Below are positions 12,994 to 32,089 of a stretch of DNA of 64,000 nucleotides, piece after piece. Position 1 is the stretch's first letter; the number at the start of each line of letters is the position of its first letter. This DNA is from the human T2T-CHM13v2.0 reference genome, Homo sapiens. The stretch is taken from NCBI RefSeq assembly GCF_009914755.1, contig NC_060944.1; one strand, 5' to 3'. The notes under the pieces are model-generated. The model had not been told where the DNA came from. It ran no database searches and saw only the letters and a list, made by a program, of their open reading frames with translations. Made by a program: the position numbers and the translations under genes.

Positions 12994-15714
12994 GCTCTTA
13001 TTTTTAGGCCATAGTGATGAACCATGAAGGAGTCTAAGCAGGGAATGTGATCTGATTTACATTTAGTAAGATATATTTGACACTGTTGTGCAAAATAGAG
13101 TATTAAGAGAAATATTGGAAGCAGACCAGTTAGGAGGCAGCTTCCCAGCCTCTAGGAGGAAGTCCTCACTCCACTCACCAGGATTTACAGGGTCTCTTGT
13201 GTTCTGACCTTAAGAACTGTCCAGGGTTCTCTCATCATTCCCCCTTCCACCCGCTCGTCAGCCACAGCTAACCACTATTAGTTTTCCAGAGTTTTCCTGC
13301 CTCAGGGCCTTTGTACATGCTGGCTCCCTTTGCATAGAATACTCTTTCTCCTCATCCAGCTTTCTCAGTGGCTGGTTTCCTGGAAATCACTTCCTCCAGG
13401 AAGCCTTCCCTGTCTTTCCCTATGTTCCTTACAAGATCCACCTCTTGTAAGGGAAGAGACAGCCACTGTCTTGTGAAAAGTGTCCCAAGCCCTTGGCACA
13501 GTATTACTTGGTAGCTCTGCAGGAAATACAAAAGCAGTGGCAGAGGGAGAGGAAGAGAGGGAGTTGATGTGAAAGAGGCTAAGGCAGTCAAATTGTCAGA
13601 GCTTGATAGTAAGTTGGATCTGGGGAGGGAAGTCGGACCTAAGATAATTCCTAAATTCTAAGTGGAGCAACTAGTTTGCTGATTAAGAGATTCACTGAAC
13701 GAGGAGCCGCGGGAGGGAGGACAGGCTTAAGGGAGAGGATAGTACGTTCCATTTCCAGGGTGGGTTGAGTTTCCAGTGGACACACGAAAAGGTGGCCACA
13801 GCTAGCTGGATGAGCGCTCGGTGGGTAAGGGGGAAAGCAAGAGGGTAGTTTCACACCCTCCCACCTGCCACAAACATAAAATGTGCTCTGGGCACTCTTT
13901 GGGAGGGTAGTGATGTTAAGGATGAACCCCTAAAGAACACTAGCATTTAAGGGCTGTAGGACACCCATGAGTCTAAGAAGGAGGTGGAGGAAGAGGAGTG
14001 GGGAGCAGGAGAGAGCAGCAGTGCTGAAGCCAGGGGGTGACAGTAAGGGGCATGAGCATGGGGCTGGGTCACGCTGGCAGCGGCGACTTAGGATGAAGTA
14101 GTAGAGAAAAAAATCGTAGAGGATTTTCAAGATCTATTTCTTGGTAATTTCCAAAGTCTCCCATGAATTACTCTGTGAGCATTGGTTGTGGAATGCTGCT
14201 ACCAGCCAGATCTTTTCCCAGCCCTGCTTTTGCTGTTATGGTGTCACCTGGCCTAGCCTCAGCTCCCCCCTCCCCTCCTGTTTCTGCCCCCTTTCACATT
14301 GCTAATGTAATGAGTGTGTCACACTGTCACTAAGCCCTAATGTTCCAATTTTAGATTATGTATTCAGCAGTGGCTCAAACATACCAACCACCTAAGGCCC
14401 TCCGTGATCATTAGAAGGAAGAGAACCCCAAGATGTGCAAATTTACAACTTTAAGTTCCTGTTTTTTCTTAAACAGTAAAACATTTTTAAATATTACAAA
14501 AATATCAGACAATTTAAACCAAAATGAAAACCAAGAAAACTGTAGTTTCAGCCTCTGCGAGCAATGTTCTTTGTATACTTTCCAGTCGTTTTCATCTCAT
14601 GTATGGTTTTAACCAAAAAGAGATTGGTGATAGCTTATTTTGTAACCTGTATTTTTTTCACTTTCAAATTATTATGACAATTTTTTTATATCAATAGGTA
14701 CATTTCCAGAGCATCCTTTTTATGGCTGTATAGTCTATTAACCATATGTCTTGCTGCATTTTTTATTAGTAATGATGACAGCTATGCTTTATTGAATACT
14801 CTGTACCAGGCAGCATCTACCATGTGCCTTACACTCATGCACTTAAATCCCCTGAAGCCAGGGGGTGGGGCCTCTGGTTATCCTAGTGACAAGGTCCTCA
14901 TTCACAGGCCCCTTGCCCATGTGGCAAGCCCAGCAGCTGGACTCCTGAGCCTGCACTTTCCCACCTCCATTTGTGCATGTTGATTCCACTGTTATGGCCT
15001 CTGCCCTTCAGTCCCGAAAGTTCTGAAATCACCATTCTAACCTGGAACTCATGGGATTGGTGGAGTGGGGAGGTGAGAGGGAGGTAGGAAGTGAGGCGGG
15101 TAACTCCAGAACACAGGAGGCCCGATGGAAGCTGCAGTGTTACCATAATGATCAGATCAGCCTAGCCGAGGGCCTTCTCAGAGCTGCTGAACCCCAGCCC
15201 AACTCCAGTGAGAAGCAGGGGAAACTAAGTGCTGGCAGCCTCACAGAGAACGCCCAGGTCACCCCTCTCTGCTGCCATTTCTCCTGAGGCTCTTTTGCTA
15301 CCCTGGCTAGAGCTGCCTTGCAGCGGCCCCTGTTTCCCTCTACTCAGAGTGGGGAGCGGGGCCAGGAAGGCCTTTTCCCCAGGTCACGGGCCAGCCTCCA
15401 CTTCACCTCTCCCTGACAGCTTGTGGTTGACAGCATCAGGCAGCAGGAGGCTGAGCCACTGGCCCCTCTCTGACCCCGAGTGTCAGGTCTTATGTTAGTA
15501 AAATGTCTGACAGCCGTCTGTTCTGGAGAGTCTGGGCATTCCAGCTCACCTTTGTTTACAGGGTGTGGAGCTAGCCCCGAACTGTCTTGGAGTGCACTGG
15601 GCCCACCTATGTGTATATTTCTGGGGATAAAATATCGGGGGCTGTAGCTGAGCCAGGTCAACATTCACTCCTGGAGCCCTGGTGGAGGTGTCCTGGTGAA
15701 TCTTTGTGTTTCAG

Positions 15715-15972
15715 GTTCAACTTGCCTCGAACCCTGTGCTGGATGCCTGGTACGGTGCTCGTGACTGGGCCTTGAACCACCTAGATGATAATGAAGTTTG
15801 GATCACCAGGAAAGAGTATGAAGAAAAGGGAGGAGAGTACCTCAAGGAGCACTGTGCTTCCAACATCTATGTCCCCATCCGCCTGCCGAAGCAGGCCTCC
15901 CGCTCCTCAGATGCCCAGGCATCCAGCAAGGGCTCCGCTGCTGGTGGAGGTGGTGCTGGTGAGCAGGCATAG
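15715..15972 (+). CDS. ACTR5: ACTR5 terminal coding exon (probably 9), [15 protein letters not shown]...[11 protein letters not shown]...GEQA*
   Basis: tgtgtttcag| acceptor; AWYGA and [11 protein letters not shown] resemble actin VWIGG and WISKQEYDESG; TAG at 15970-15972. Confidence 0.95.
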   Translation, partial: VQLASNPVLDAWYGARDWALNHLDDNEVWITRKEYEEKGGEYLKEHCASNIYVPIRLPKQASRSSDAQASSKGSAAGGGGAGEQA

Positions 15973-16449
15973 CAGAGGCCCTCCAGAGAGACTGCCCTGC
16001 ACGCCATGCCTTGGGCCACGTTGGCAGTGTGACAGGACTGTGATTGTGCTAGATGTACCTGCCCAAGTCTGCTGGTCACATTTGGCAGCAAAATGGATTT
16101 CTCCTGGGGAGAACAAAGTTAAGGGACACTGAGACCTGCCCTTCAGAATTCGGTTCACTTGGGGGCTTCTGTGGTAGAGACTAACTGGCCTTCTGATGTC
16201 TTTGTTCAACTGTGGCCAGCTGTGGCATCAGCTTCCTGGAGCAGTAAATGAAGACAGAGTGGAGGACACAAATGTACAAAATGCACAAGACTGATTTCTT
16301 ACCACATTTTAGTCTTTCTTGTTTTAAAAAAAATTCTTTAAAATTTATCTTGTCCGTGTAGATACTTTATTCTTCTGGATGTATTCAGAAATTGCATGAA
16401 TGCCCAGTGAGGGGAGGTCTTTCATGCATATAAAAAGGTAATGTTTATT

Positions 16450-16615
16450 GCCGGGCACAGTGGCACGTGCCTGTTAAGGCCCAGCTTTGTGGGAGGCTAA
16501 GGCAGGAGGATCGCTGGAGCTTAGGAGTTCGAGGCTATCGTGTGCTGTGATCGCACCTGTGAATAACCACTGCACTCCAGCCTGGGCAACATAGGAAGAC
16601 ATTGTCTCTAAAAAG
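16450..16615 (+). mobile_element. FAM (fossil Alu monomer) in ACTR5 3'UTR
   Basis: Monomer retaining the 7SL-like gatcgcacctgtgaataaccactgcactccagcc segment; perfect 17-bp TSD. Confidence 0.85.
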
Positions 16616-16646
16616 ATACATTTTTCATAAAAGGTAATGTTTATTC

Positions 16647-16652
16647 AATAAA
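16647..16652 (+). terminator. Poly(A) signal AATAAA of ACTR5
   Basis: Canonical hexamer ~680 nt after the stop, with pyrimidine-rich sequence downstream. Confidence 0.8.
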
Positions 16653-17423
16653 AGCAGTTGCCTCAGGAACCGGAAATATTTCCCTCCTCCTATTTTTTCC
16701 CCTTACAGATAAGGAGAAAAGCCCAGAAAGTTACCAGCATGTGAGGTCACTCTGCAAGCCAGGGACTTGCTTGGTGCCAGAGCCAGTGGCCCAACTTTGT
16801 TCATACTTTCTCTGCTGTAAACTTTTCCACCATACAAGGCCTACAAATGTTTTATTTCTGTCCTTCTGAGTTTGTTGGCTTCTTAACTTTTTCAGACTTT
16901 TTGGAAGAAAGATAAGACTGGAGGAGGTTTATCCTGTAGCCTGTTCAGTTTTGCCATAACCTCCCATTCCCTGTACCTTCCCAGCTGTGTCTTAAGTGGA
17001 CAGATAACCCCTCACCTTCACAGAGATTGCTCGGTGAGAATTTTAACTCAAAGACAACCAATTATTGATCCCAGAAGGCCCCTGAGCTAATATTGTCACT
17101 GAATTTGTACCTTTAAATCTTATGGAGCCTCTAGCCCACCCCTCTGATGAGGCCACCTTAGAACCTGTTTGCTCATACAGTCTACCAAGGGTCATCACCT
17201 GGATCTCCAGCTCTCAAGGGCTTAGAAACTGCAGACCGGAAGGGAAGGGGCAGTGGTGATGGAGAGAGTGGAAGACCACAGCTGACCGTAAACAAAGGAA
17301 AAAGGAAAGGTTATCGCAAACCTAAATAGAAGATGCACAGGGGGAAGATACTCCATTGAAAAGAAATGAAATAAGAAAGTAATAGATAAGGAAAAGAGGC
17401 AAAGGAAATTAAACTGTAGTTGA

Positions 17424-18920
<1,497 letters not shown>

Positions 18921-19129
18921 TTTTATCAACTACATTACGTTTTATGTTGAAGAAAAAACACTGGAATAGAATTAATGTTTAAACTGATAATAAAATTTTC
19001 TTCCCCCACAAAACAAACCACCCTGAATATAAATACTGTAAGGCCACTCTGTGTGCTTGGGAAAGTTGACTCAGAGGTGTCAGATCCTAGTGAAACGATT
19101 AGATTTTAAAGATAAAAGAAGTCCTCTCA

Positions 19130-19522
<393 letters not shown>

Positions 19523-19648
19523 TTAGAAAACAAAAATGATAAATTTGAAGAAGGATGGCAACATTTTTAAACTACTAGAAAACCTAATTAATGTAGAAAG
19601 CACAAATGCATGTAATAAATAAGGTACTAGTCATCAAAAGAAGAAATA

Positions 19649-19921
19649 GGTTGGGCTCAGTGACACACACCTGTAATCCTAGCGCTTTGGGAGGCCGAGG
19701 CAGGAAGATCACTTGAGTCTGGGAGTTTGAGACCAGCCTGGACAACATAGGGAGACTCCACCTGTACAAAAAAATTTAAAAATCAGCTGGGTGTGGTGTT
19801 GCATGTCTGTGGTTCCAGCTGCTCAGGAGGCTGAGGTGGGAGGATTGCTGCAGTGAGCCATAAATGTGTCACTGCACTCCAGCCCGGCCAACAAAGTGAG
19901 ACCCTGTCTCAAATAAATAAT
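19649..19921 (+). mobile_element. AluJ with internal deletion
   Basis: Diverged dimer. Confidence 0.85.
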
Positions 19922-20385
19922 CATCTATTTTTCACACACTCTGGAAATACGTGAGAAAATCTAGCTGCAATTGTCAATTTTCTGCATTCAAGCCTTTAAT
20001 TTTAAAAAAGTGAATTTTCTAGGAAAATAATTCACCAAAACTGACCTTAACAGAGATATATAAAGTTCAAACAGACTTTTTTTTTTTTCCATAGATGAAC
20101 TCAAGAAAATTGCCACAGAGCTGCCCCCCTCCCTCCAAAAAACTCCAGGTCCAGTTGAGTTTAATAGCTATTAGCCTTAAACACTAGATACTTCCAGTGT
20201 TCCTTAAACTTTACCAGAGCATAGGAAAAAAAAATTAAATGATTTTTATGTAGTGAGTATAATGTTGCTATCAAAATCCAGTAGGTTGTACACACACACA
20301 CAAAACAATCTTGCTTAAAAATATCAATGGAGAAAACAAATTATTTGCAATTGAAATCCACCAACACGTTAAAAAATAACATCAT

Positions 20386-20757
<372 letters not shown>

Positions 20758-21066
20758 TTAACACCAAGTATATTTCTTATGCTGCATGTTCAGTAAATAC
20801 CAGTATGGTGGAGTGTGGGGAGGGGGTGATGCATTGCTGTGGATAATTAATTACTCCACACCATCTTATGATCCTTCCTTCTCAACGCAAAGCAAGGAAA
20901 GAGAACATCAAGCGTTAAGTCCTGGCTCCCAAATGTGCCACCCAGAACATATCCACCACGAGTACTCAAATTTCACTGGCCAAAGCAGGTCATTTAGCCA
21001 TGTTTAATTTCTTAGTATTTCATTTTTAGTTATTTAGTATTTCTATTTATTTATGACTGTATGCCC

Positions 21067-21067
<1 letters not shown>

Positions 21068-21102
<35 letters not shown>
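21068..21102. repeat. (TG)17 microsatellite
   Basis: Perfect dinucleotide run. Confidence 0.97.
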
Positions 21103-21105
<3 letters not shown>

Positions 21106-21376
21106 GTGGTGGTTCTAGGAATTACAATATATATCCTTAAAATATTACACTCTGGGGGGTCGCAGGCAAAAAAAAATTACAGTCTGCCATTAATTAATTC
21201 TACAATACTTCACATACAATGTCAGAATGCTACCATAACAGTATAACTCTGTTTCCCCTCGGTTGGTCTTTTGTGGTATTGTCATGTATTTTATCTACTA
21301 TTATGTTGTGAATCCCATAACAGTATGAATTTTTTTTATGTAGTAGTCTTCTAGAGAAATGTAAAAAGATGGTCTT

Positions 21377-22052
<676 letters not shown>

Positions 22053-22257
22053 TCATTTCCTTGACGCTAGTCTCTCAGCTTGGACATTCCTCTGAGGAAT
22101 GCTTAACAGGATGAGGGAGGGGGCTTCGCCTCTGGCCAGTGCCCAGCTTAAGTAGCCTTTTGGAAAAGTTCCAGAGGACATGGAGTGGGGTGGGGTTCTG
22201 CAGGCAGCCATTCCTCAGTCTACACAACCCTCTGGTTCCACAAGAATTGGGAGATGA

Positions 22258-22603
<346 letters not shown>

Positions 22604-23361
22604 TGCATCAGGTTTTGATGAGCACGTGGCCAGGAGTAGGGTAGTGCTGTCCAGCCGATCCCCTGCCCGGGGAACCTCCTGTGGATTGCCTGGCATTGAG
22701 GTTGATCGTATGCCCTAGCCAGGACAAATTTCTGGAAACCCTTTTGCTTTAGTCATGGGGGCAGGGCTTTACCCACTGATACTCCCCAGCTTGCTATGCT
22801 TCAGCAATAATCTGGACTGGGTTTCATCACAAGTGGTGTTAAGTCTCCAAGGCTTTACATTTGGACTATTAATAACCGTGCCCTGGTTATCAATAGAAAG
22901 GGGCACTCCAAGAGTGTGAACTAGGTCCTCGTGTTGATGGTGATTCTGCCAGCCTTTGCTACAGGCATTCCTTTAGCCATTCAGAGAAGATACACTCAAA
23001 TGCTACAGTATACTCTAAGATATGAATAAAATGGACCAGGATATTTTCAGAAGGCCCCAAAGGAGAGGATGACTTGCCCTCATTTTCTTGACAACTTTTC
23101 TCACATCTGGGCCTGTGCAATAAGAAAGCTCTTACAAAACTGCTGAGACACACTGGGAAATCCAGGGTATACCGATCACATCCAGCCAGTTCTGGCACTC
23201 CTTGGTGTGTGCCAAGCTAGGGGCTATGGGAACAGGGTGAGTGGGTAGATCCTTTGATGCCACTCCAAAGCTTTCTGGGGAGCACCAAAATGACAGGAAT
23301 GCAAAATCTCTGAAGGCTCTTTTCTGAATTCCAAGCTGACTCTGCAGAAGGGCCAAACTTA

Positions 23362-23658
<297 letters not shown>

Positions 23659-24986
23659 GGGAGGCGGGGGGGGGGGGCATGTGGGAAGAAGCCACCCGAG
23701 GAGCCTGGTAGGGTGATGAAAGTGAGAGCAGAGGTGTAGCTCAGGGCCGTGCAGCACCTCGGCTTTGGCTCTTTGCAGGCTGTAGAAGCAGAATCGTAAG
23801 ACTTCTCCTGGCTTGTTTCTTTCCATTTCTCGATTTGACTCCTCAGCCTGCTCTTCTGGCTCCCTGCTGTCTAATGGAATTCCAGAGCTTGACCTTGAGA
23901 ATGCAGATTCTCCCGATTGACAACTTCTAGAGAAGGGAATCTCAGAAAGACAAAGGAGATGTTCCTTCTTCCGCTGCAAGAGTGGAAAAGCAGACACTCT
24001 CCTGAGAGCCTCATAAAGCTGGTGAAAGCCTGTTCTGATAAAGCACCCAGGAGATCATTCCTTCCGCCCCCTGCTCCCAGGACAGGCACTTAGGTGAGAA
24101 TGTGTGACTCATCCAGTTCTGATACCTGCTGCAAATGGTATATGAAACAAAGGAATCTTTTAAGCCACCTGGGCTTCAAAGAAATGTAACTGTGTACTTT
24201 TTTTTTTTTAATCTGCTTTTAAATTGGTAACCTTGCTTAATTGCATGTTGCCCTGGTAATAACCTTGCAATTGACATCTCTTTTTAAAAAATGAAGGTCT
24301 ACAATGTCTGTATTGGCCAGAAGAGCTTTGCAAGTTTCTTTGTTCATCTTTCTCCTATGACTATGATTTTCTTCGAACAAAGAGTTTGAGAGGCCTTGCT
24401 TCGTTTTAAATTAACAATACATACTTTGCATATTTGACTTGAGAATTGTGTGTATGTTATACACTACTACAAAACAAACCAATTTCAATAAAAATAAAAG
24501 CACAATCCTTAAAATCAAAGCAAAGTGAAACAATTGAACCTCATTATATATCAAGTTGGTGGTTTACTCACACGGAGAGGACTTATTTTAAGTGACTTTA
24601 ATTAGGTGACTTTATTTTAAGTGACTTTCCATGGTAGTTGGAAAAAAAGAAACCACAGTAGTTGAATGTATATCTTTAGTGGGATATATTCTAAGAACAA
24701 AAAATAACCGCACAGTAAGAAATCTTACTGTTTTCAGTAATTATGTTGTTAGTAATGGCATTGGTATGATTATTCTGAAGATATAAATATGTGTGTATAT
24801 ATTCAAATAATGTTAACATTGTTAGCAACCAAGATTTTCAGTATAACAAGATATAAAAATATAAAATAAAAACTGAAAAATCATATAATCCTAAATTTGA
24901 ATTGCACGTATCCATATGAACACATGATGTATTTTCTCTTTACAAATATTAATTAATTAGCCTAGAACAACAAACAGCCAATCAAA

Positions 24987-25273
<287 letters not shown>

Positions 25274-25587
25274 TCAGGAGTCCACTTGAAGGGGCTCCCG
25301 CTGGCCCAGGAATGGGACAATTTGAGCATCTGAAAAAATAACAGTGAAAGGTTGAAACATACTAAAATCTATGAATTCATCATGGTCACCTTTGGAGAAT
25401 GCTAGGGAACCAGTTCATCATTCTGAAACTAGGAAATAAAGGGCAAAAGCAGGCATAGATCTCACCTTTCTTGTAGAAACTGTACCTCATGGCAACCGAA
25501 CAGATAATAAGGGAATGTTTTTCTTTGTAGAGGATTTCTAGCTAAACAAATGAAAACAGAATGATGAAATACCTACCACCATTTTCT

Positions 25588-25688
25588 CTTTCTTTCTTTT
25601 TTTTTTTTTTGAGACGCAGTCTGGCTCTGTCATCCAGGGTGGAGTGCAATGGTGTGATCTTGGCTCACTGCAGCCTCTGCCTCCCGAA
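25588..25688 (-). mobile_element. Severely 5'-truncated Alu with a 14-bp TSD
   Basis: TSD taccaccattttct at 25574-25587 and 25689-25702. Confidence 0.85.
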
Positions 25689-25781
25689 TACCACCATTTT
25701 CTAGCTCCTAATGAAATAAAGGCAAGAGACAAATTCTTCATCAATGACAGCTAAAAACCACTCGGTGAAGAGTTGATGGAA

Positions 25782-26078
25782 GGCTGGGCACAGTGGCTCA
25801 TGCCTATAATCCCAGCACTTTAGGAGGCCGAGGCAGGTGGATCACCTGAGGTCAGGAGTTCGTGAACAGCCTGCCAACATGGTGAAACCCCGTCTATGAA
25901 AATACAAAAATTAGCTAGGCGTGGTGGCACACCCCAGTAGTCCCAGCTACTTGGGAGGCTGAGGCAGGAGAATCACTTGGAAGTTGCAGTGAGCCGAGAT
26001 CGTACCACTGCACTCCAGCCTGGGTGACAGACAGAGTTGGTCTCAAACAAAAAAAAAAAAAAAAGAAAAGAAAGAAAA
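25782..26078 (+). mobile_element. AluS
   Basis: Dimer with small deletion; TSD aagagttgatgga. Confidence 0.88.
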
Positions 26079-26698
26079 AGAGTTGATGGACATCTTTATA
26101 ATGGATGGATATTATGTGCCTCCTGGTGTGATACAATACGACATACTGCACATCATCCATGAAGAATTCTTAGGAAAAAATTTGAACCTGAATGTGATCA
26201 AGCCACTAAATTTAACTGCCATTTTACTAGAAATTCTGGGGACAGAGAAACATATTATGAATTAGCATCCCAACAGGAAGCAGATGGGATACTCAGGTTA
26301 GGAGAATGAGATGTGAAGGCAGGGTGTAAAGATGGTGCAGGGTCCTGGGAAGGTCCTCAGAGAAGCCTTTACAATAGGAAAGGAGAGGCTACCCAAATTT
26401 GGAAGGAGAAAGAGTTGTATAGAACAGTTGTGTTGAGAGGGACACAGCTTCAGTCAAGAAGCACAGCCAAACCAAGGTGGCCTTGCCAGGAGGGAGACAG
26501 GGAAATACACGCCCCAACTGCATTGTCCTCCCTCCCTCCCACACCTGCCAGGGCTCCCTATTGGCCAAACCCATCTGAAGCCAGAGGGCAAGAGAGCGCA
26601 GCTGATGTAATTCACACATGGCAGTCTCCAAGGGCAAATTCAAAGGTCAGAGTGGAGAAGGGTAGTTGCTAAATGGGACAAACGAGTACAGTCTGTCA

Positions 26699-27190
<492 letters not shown>

Positions 27191-27426
27191 TAAAAGCATA
27201 ACAAAAATATAAAGTGTGGACCTTGTTTGGTTCCTAATTCTAATAAGCCATGTTTGATAAAAGAAACTTCTGAGCAAATCTGGCAAATGTGGATATTTAA
27301 TAATATGAAAGAATTATTGATAGTTTTTAAAGATGTGGTTGTGATTTTTGTAGTTTTATGGAGGGAGAGAGAGTGAGTGAGCTTGTCTTATAGAGATGCA
27401 TATTGAAATGTTGGCAGCTGGAGTCA

Positions 27427-27874
<448 letters not shown>

Positions 27875-27989
27875 GTAATGACACTCTTGTCTAGCCTTGT
27901 TTTGTTTATCATATAGCAATATTTCTTGGATATCACTCAGTAGCAGTGCGTAGTGAGCTGCTGCTTAAAAAACAAACAAACAAACAAAA

Positions 27990-28090
27990 ACCCAGGAGTC
28001 TCACTATTGTTTCACAGGCTGGTCTCAAACTCCTGGGCTCAAGCGATCCTCTCACCTCGGCCTCCTGAGTAGCTGGGATTACAGGTGGGG
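27990..28090 (-). mobile_element. FLAM/Alu monomer fragment
   Basis: Antisense monomer. Confidence 0.7.
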
Positions 28091-28325
28091 ATGCTTCTTC
28101 CTTGTCTCTTTATAATGTATGTCTGTATAAATTATATGTGTCACAAACACGATAACGCCATGGACATGCAATCAGCATATCTATGACATATACATATAAA
28201 TTTTACTCAAACGGTAGCATACTATGGCTTAACAATATGTCTTGAAGATCACTCCATGTCAATACAAACCAAGCTTCTGCTTTTTTCCCTTATCTTAATA
28301 TTATTTTTCATGGATAATGCATTGA

Positions 28326-28652
<327 letters not shown>

Positions 28653-28868
28653 TCCTTGGCTCTTTTCTCTTAAGAAACGGATGAGAATTGCAAACATTTT
28701 CCTATGATGGTATTTGTCTTTTAACTTTGTTGGGGTGTTTTTCCACTCAGATTCTTTTCGTGGACTTAAATTGCTTTTGGGTTTTATGTCATACTTTAAA
28801 AGGCCTCACTCACTTTGAGATAACAAAAAAAAAATCCTACGTTTTCTTTTCACATATGTGGTTTTTTA

Positions 28869-29393
<525 letters not shown>

Positions 29394-29448
29394 CTATTTC
29401 ATGTTCCTTATCATGTTGCTACCTCATTATGCATCCCTAAACATTATT

Positions 29449-30080
29449 CTGTTGTTGTTGTTTTGAGACAGAGTCTTACTCTGTCAGCCAGGCTGGAGTG
29501 CAGTGGTACAATCATGAGTTTGAGGCTCACTACAGCCTCAAACTCCTGGACTCAAGTGATCCTCCTACCTTAGCCTTCTGAGTGGCCAGGGCTGCAGGCA
29601 TGTGCCATCATGCCCAGCTAATTATTTTATTTTTTGTAGAGACAGGGGCCTCCTTTTATTACCTAGGTTGGTCTCAAATTCTTGGGCTCAAGCAACCCTC
29701 CTGTCTTGGCCTCCCAAAGCTCTGGGATTATAGGCATGAGCCACTGAACCTAGCCCCTAAACATTGTTTTTTGTTTGTTTGTTTGTTTGTTTTTGAGACG
29801 GAGTCTCACTCTGTTGCTCAGACTGGAGTGCAGTGATGCAATCTCTGCAACGTCTGCCTCTCGGGTTCAAGTGATTCTCCTGTCTCAGTCTCCCAAGTAG
29901 CTGGGATTACATGGGCATGCCACCATGCGCAGCTAATTTTTGTGTTTTTGTGTGTGTGTGTGTGCAGATAGGGTTTCACCATGTTGGCCAGGCTGGTCTC
30001 GAACTCCTGACCTAAGGTGATCCACCCACCTCGGCCTCCCAAAGTGCTGGGATTAGAGGTGTGAGCCACTGCACCCGGCC
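29449..30080 (-). mobile_element. Two tandem antisense Alus (AluJ 29449-29756, AluS 29766-30080)
   Basis: Two antisense dimers within an old L1. Confidence 0.85.
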
Positions 30081-31003
30081 AACATTGTTTTTAAGATCCA
30101 TTCATGTTGTGTGTAGCTGTGGTTCATTTTCATTGCTTTGTAGTATTTTATTGTATGCATGTACCATAATTTATTTATCCAGTTGGAATTTATCCTGGCA
30201 AAGATTTGCAGTAAGTCTCCAGCTGAATTTCTTTTCAGGCGACTAGCCAGTTGCACCAACAATATTTAGTGAGTAATCCGTCTTTTCTCCACTAATGTAA
30301 ATGCCACTTTTATTATTTATTAAATGACCTTAAATATTGTGGTCTACTTCCAGACTTGCTCTTCTGCTCCATTCATCTTTCTATTTCTGAATTTGCAATG
30401 AACAGTTTATTATTGTCACTTTATAATACACTTTAAGATCTGGCAGAGTTTGTCTCCCGCATTTCTCTTTCTTTTTCAGAACTTTTCTTGATTTCCCTGC
30501 ATGATCTTTGGAATCAGCTTGTCAAGATCCAAAATAATCCTGTTGGTATGTTTGTTTGTATCCCATTAAAATTATAGATGAAAAGATAGAAAGATGGTAT
30601 CTTTTCTTCAATTGACTCCTCTAGCCAAAAATGGATATGACTTTTTCCTTTATTCAAGTCTCATGGCACATAATAGCCTTTGAAAGTTTTAGTCATATAG
30701 TTCCTGTACATTCCTTGTGAAGTAACTCATTCATTTAAACATTTGAATAGTATTCTATTATATTTCATTCCATGGTTTATTTAATCATTCTATCTTTGAA
30801 TGGCATTTGAATAAATCTGTTTCCAAGTTTATTCTGTTACATATAGCACTGCAAAGAGTATCCCTGCAAAAATATGTATTTGGAAATGATGTTACTATAA
30901 ATGAAGTTGATGGACCAAAGGATTTTAAAAATATAAAATAATAAGATAATAAAGGTCATGCTAATATAAAAATAAACAAGAAATTAAAGAACAGTGTGTT
31001 ATT

Positions 31004-31287
<284 letters not shown>

Positions 31288-31289
<2 letters not shown>

Positions 31290-31389
31290 TATATATATAT
31301 AAAATATATAAAATATATATATATAATATATATTATATATAAAATATATGTAATATATAATATAATATATATCATATATTATATATATA
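31288..31389. repeat. Imperfect (AT)n tract
   Basis: About 100 bp almost purely A/T alternating. Confidence 0.9.
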
Positions 31390-32089
31390 GCATGCTATCA
31401 TGTAAAAAAAGAATATGAGGATAAACAAAATATACCAAAATAAGGGTAAAATATGTAATATCCTTGTATTAAGTAGAGGATCATAGCAGGAAAGTAAAGT
31501 GATTATTATGGTACTATTACTATTACACTGGTCTTGACTGCAAAATCATTTCCTGCCTGTCCCCAGGCTGGAGGTCAGAAATGGCAAAGCTGCCACCATT
31601 AACTCTGTTGAGGTTCTACTTCAGGGCTTTTTTTCACTGAGGTGGACACCTGGAAAGCCTCCACTACAGGCCCATAGCCAGGCAAGGGAATGGAAGCTGC
31701 CCGAGGGCTCCAGCTGCTCACTGAGTTAACATGTGGGAGGTGGACCACAGCAACTATGTGGGGAAACCCTGTCTGCACACTGAATCCCAGCAGAATCTAG
31801 CAGAGCCAAGAGCTGAGTAACACAGAGCCCCAAGGACATCATGTGAGACCCTGGATCCAGCCTCACCTGAGGATGTTTCAGAGCAGAGTTCTCTAAGGCA
31901 CAAGCTACAAGTGAGCATGGCTGTAACAGGCCCAAGGGGGCACCAGAACTGGGGAGAGGGGCTTGGTGCCTCAAATATTGACTGCTTTGGGAACGGCAGG
32001 AGTGCTTGAGCGGTGGACACCGGCAGCAGCAGCGAGGCCCCTCTAGAAGCCTAAGAAGGGCGCTGGAGCAGAAGGGGACACACAGCAGG

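Larger units (their letters stand above)
15973..16670 (+). other. ACTR5: ACTR5 3'UTR (3' end approximate)
   Basis: Between the stop codon and the AATAAA at 16647. Confidence 0.75.

Noticed and set aside
16681-16710. Acceptor-like pyrimidine tract ending ttacag just after the poly(A) site
   Set aside because: Explained by an antisense MIR core (ttacagataaggagaaa...cccagaaag) and lies beyond the probable cleavage site.
24712-24731. Perfect 9-bp-arm hairpin acagtaaga-aa-tcttactgt
   Set aside because: Short, AT-rich and inside an old L1; expected by chance in 64 kb.
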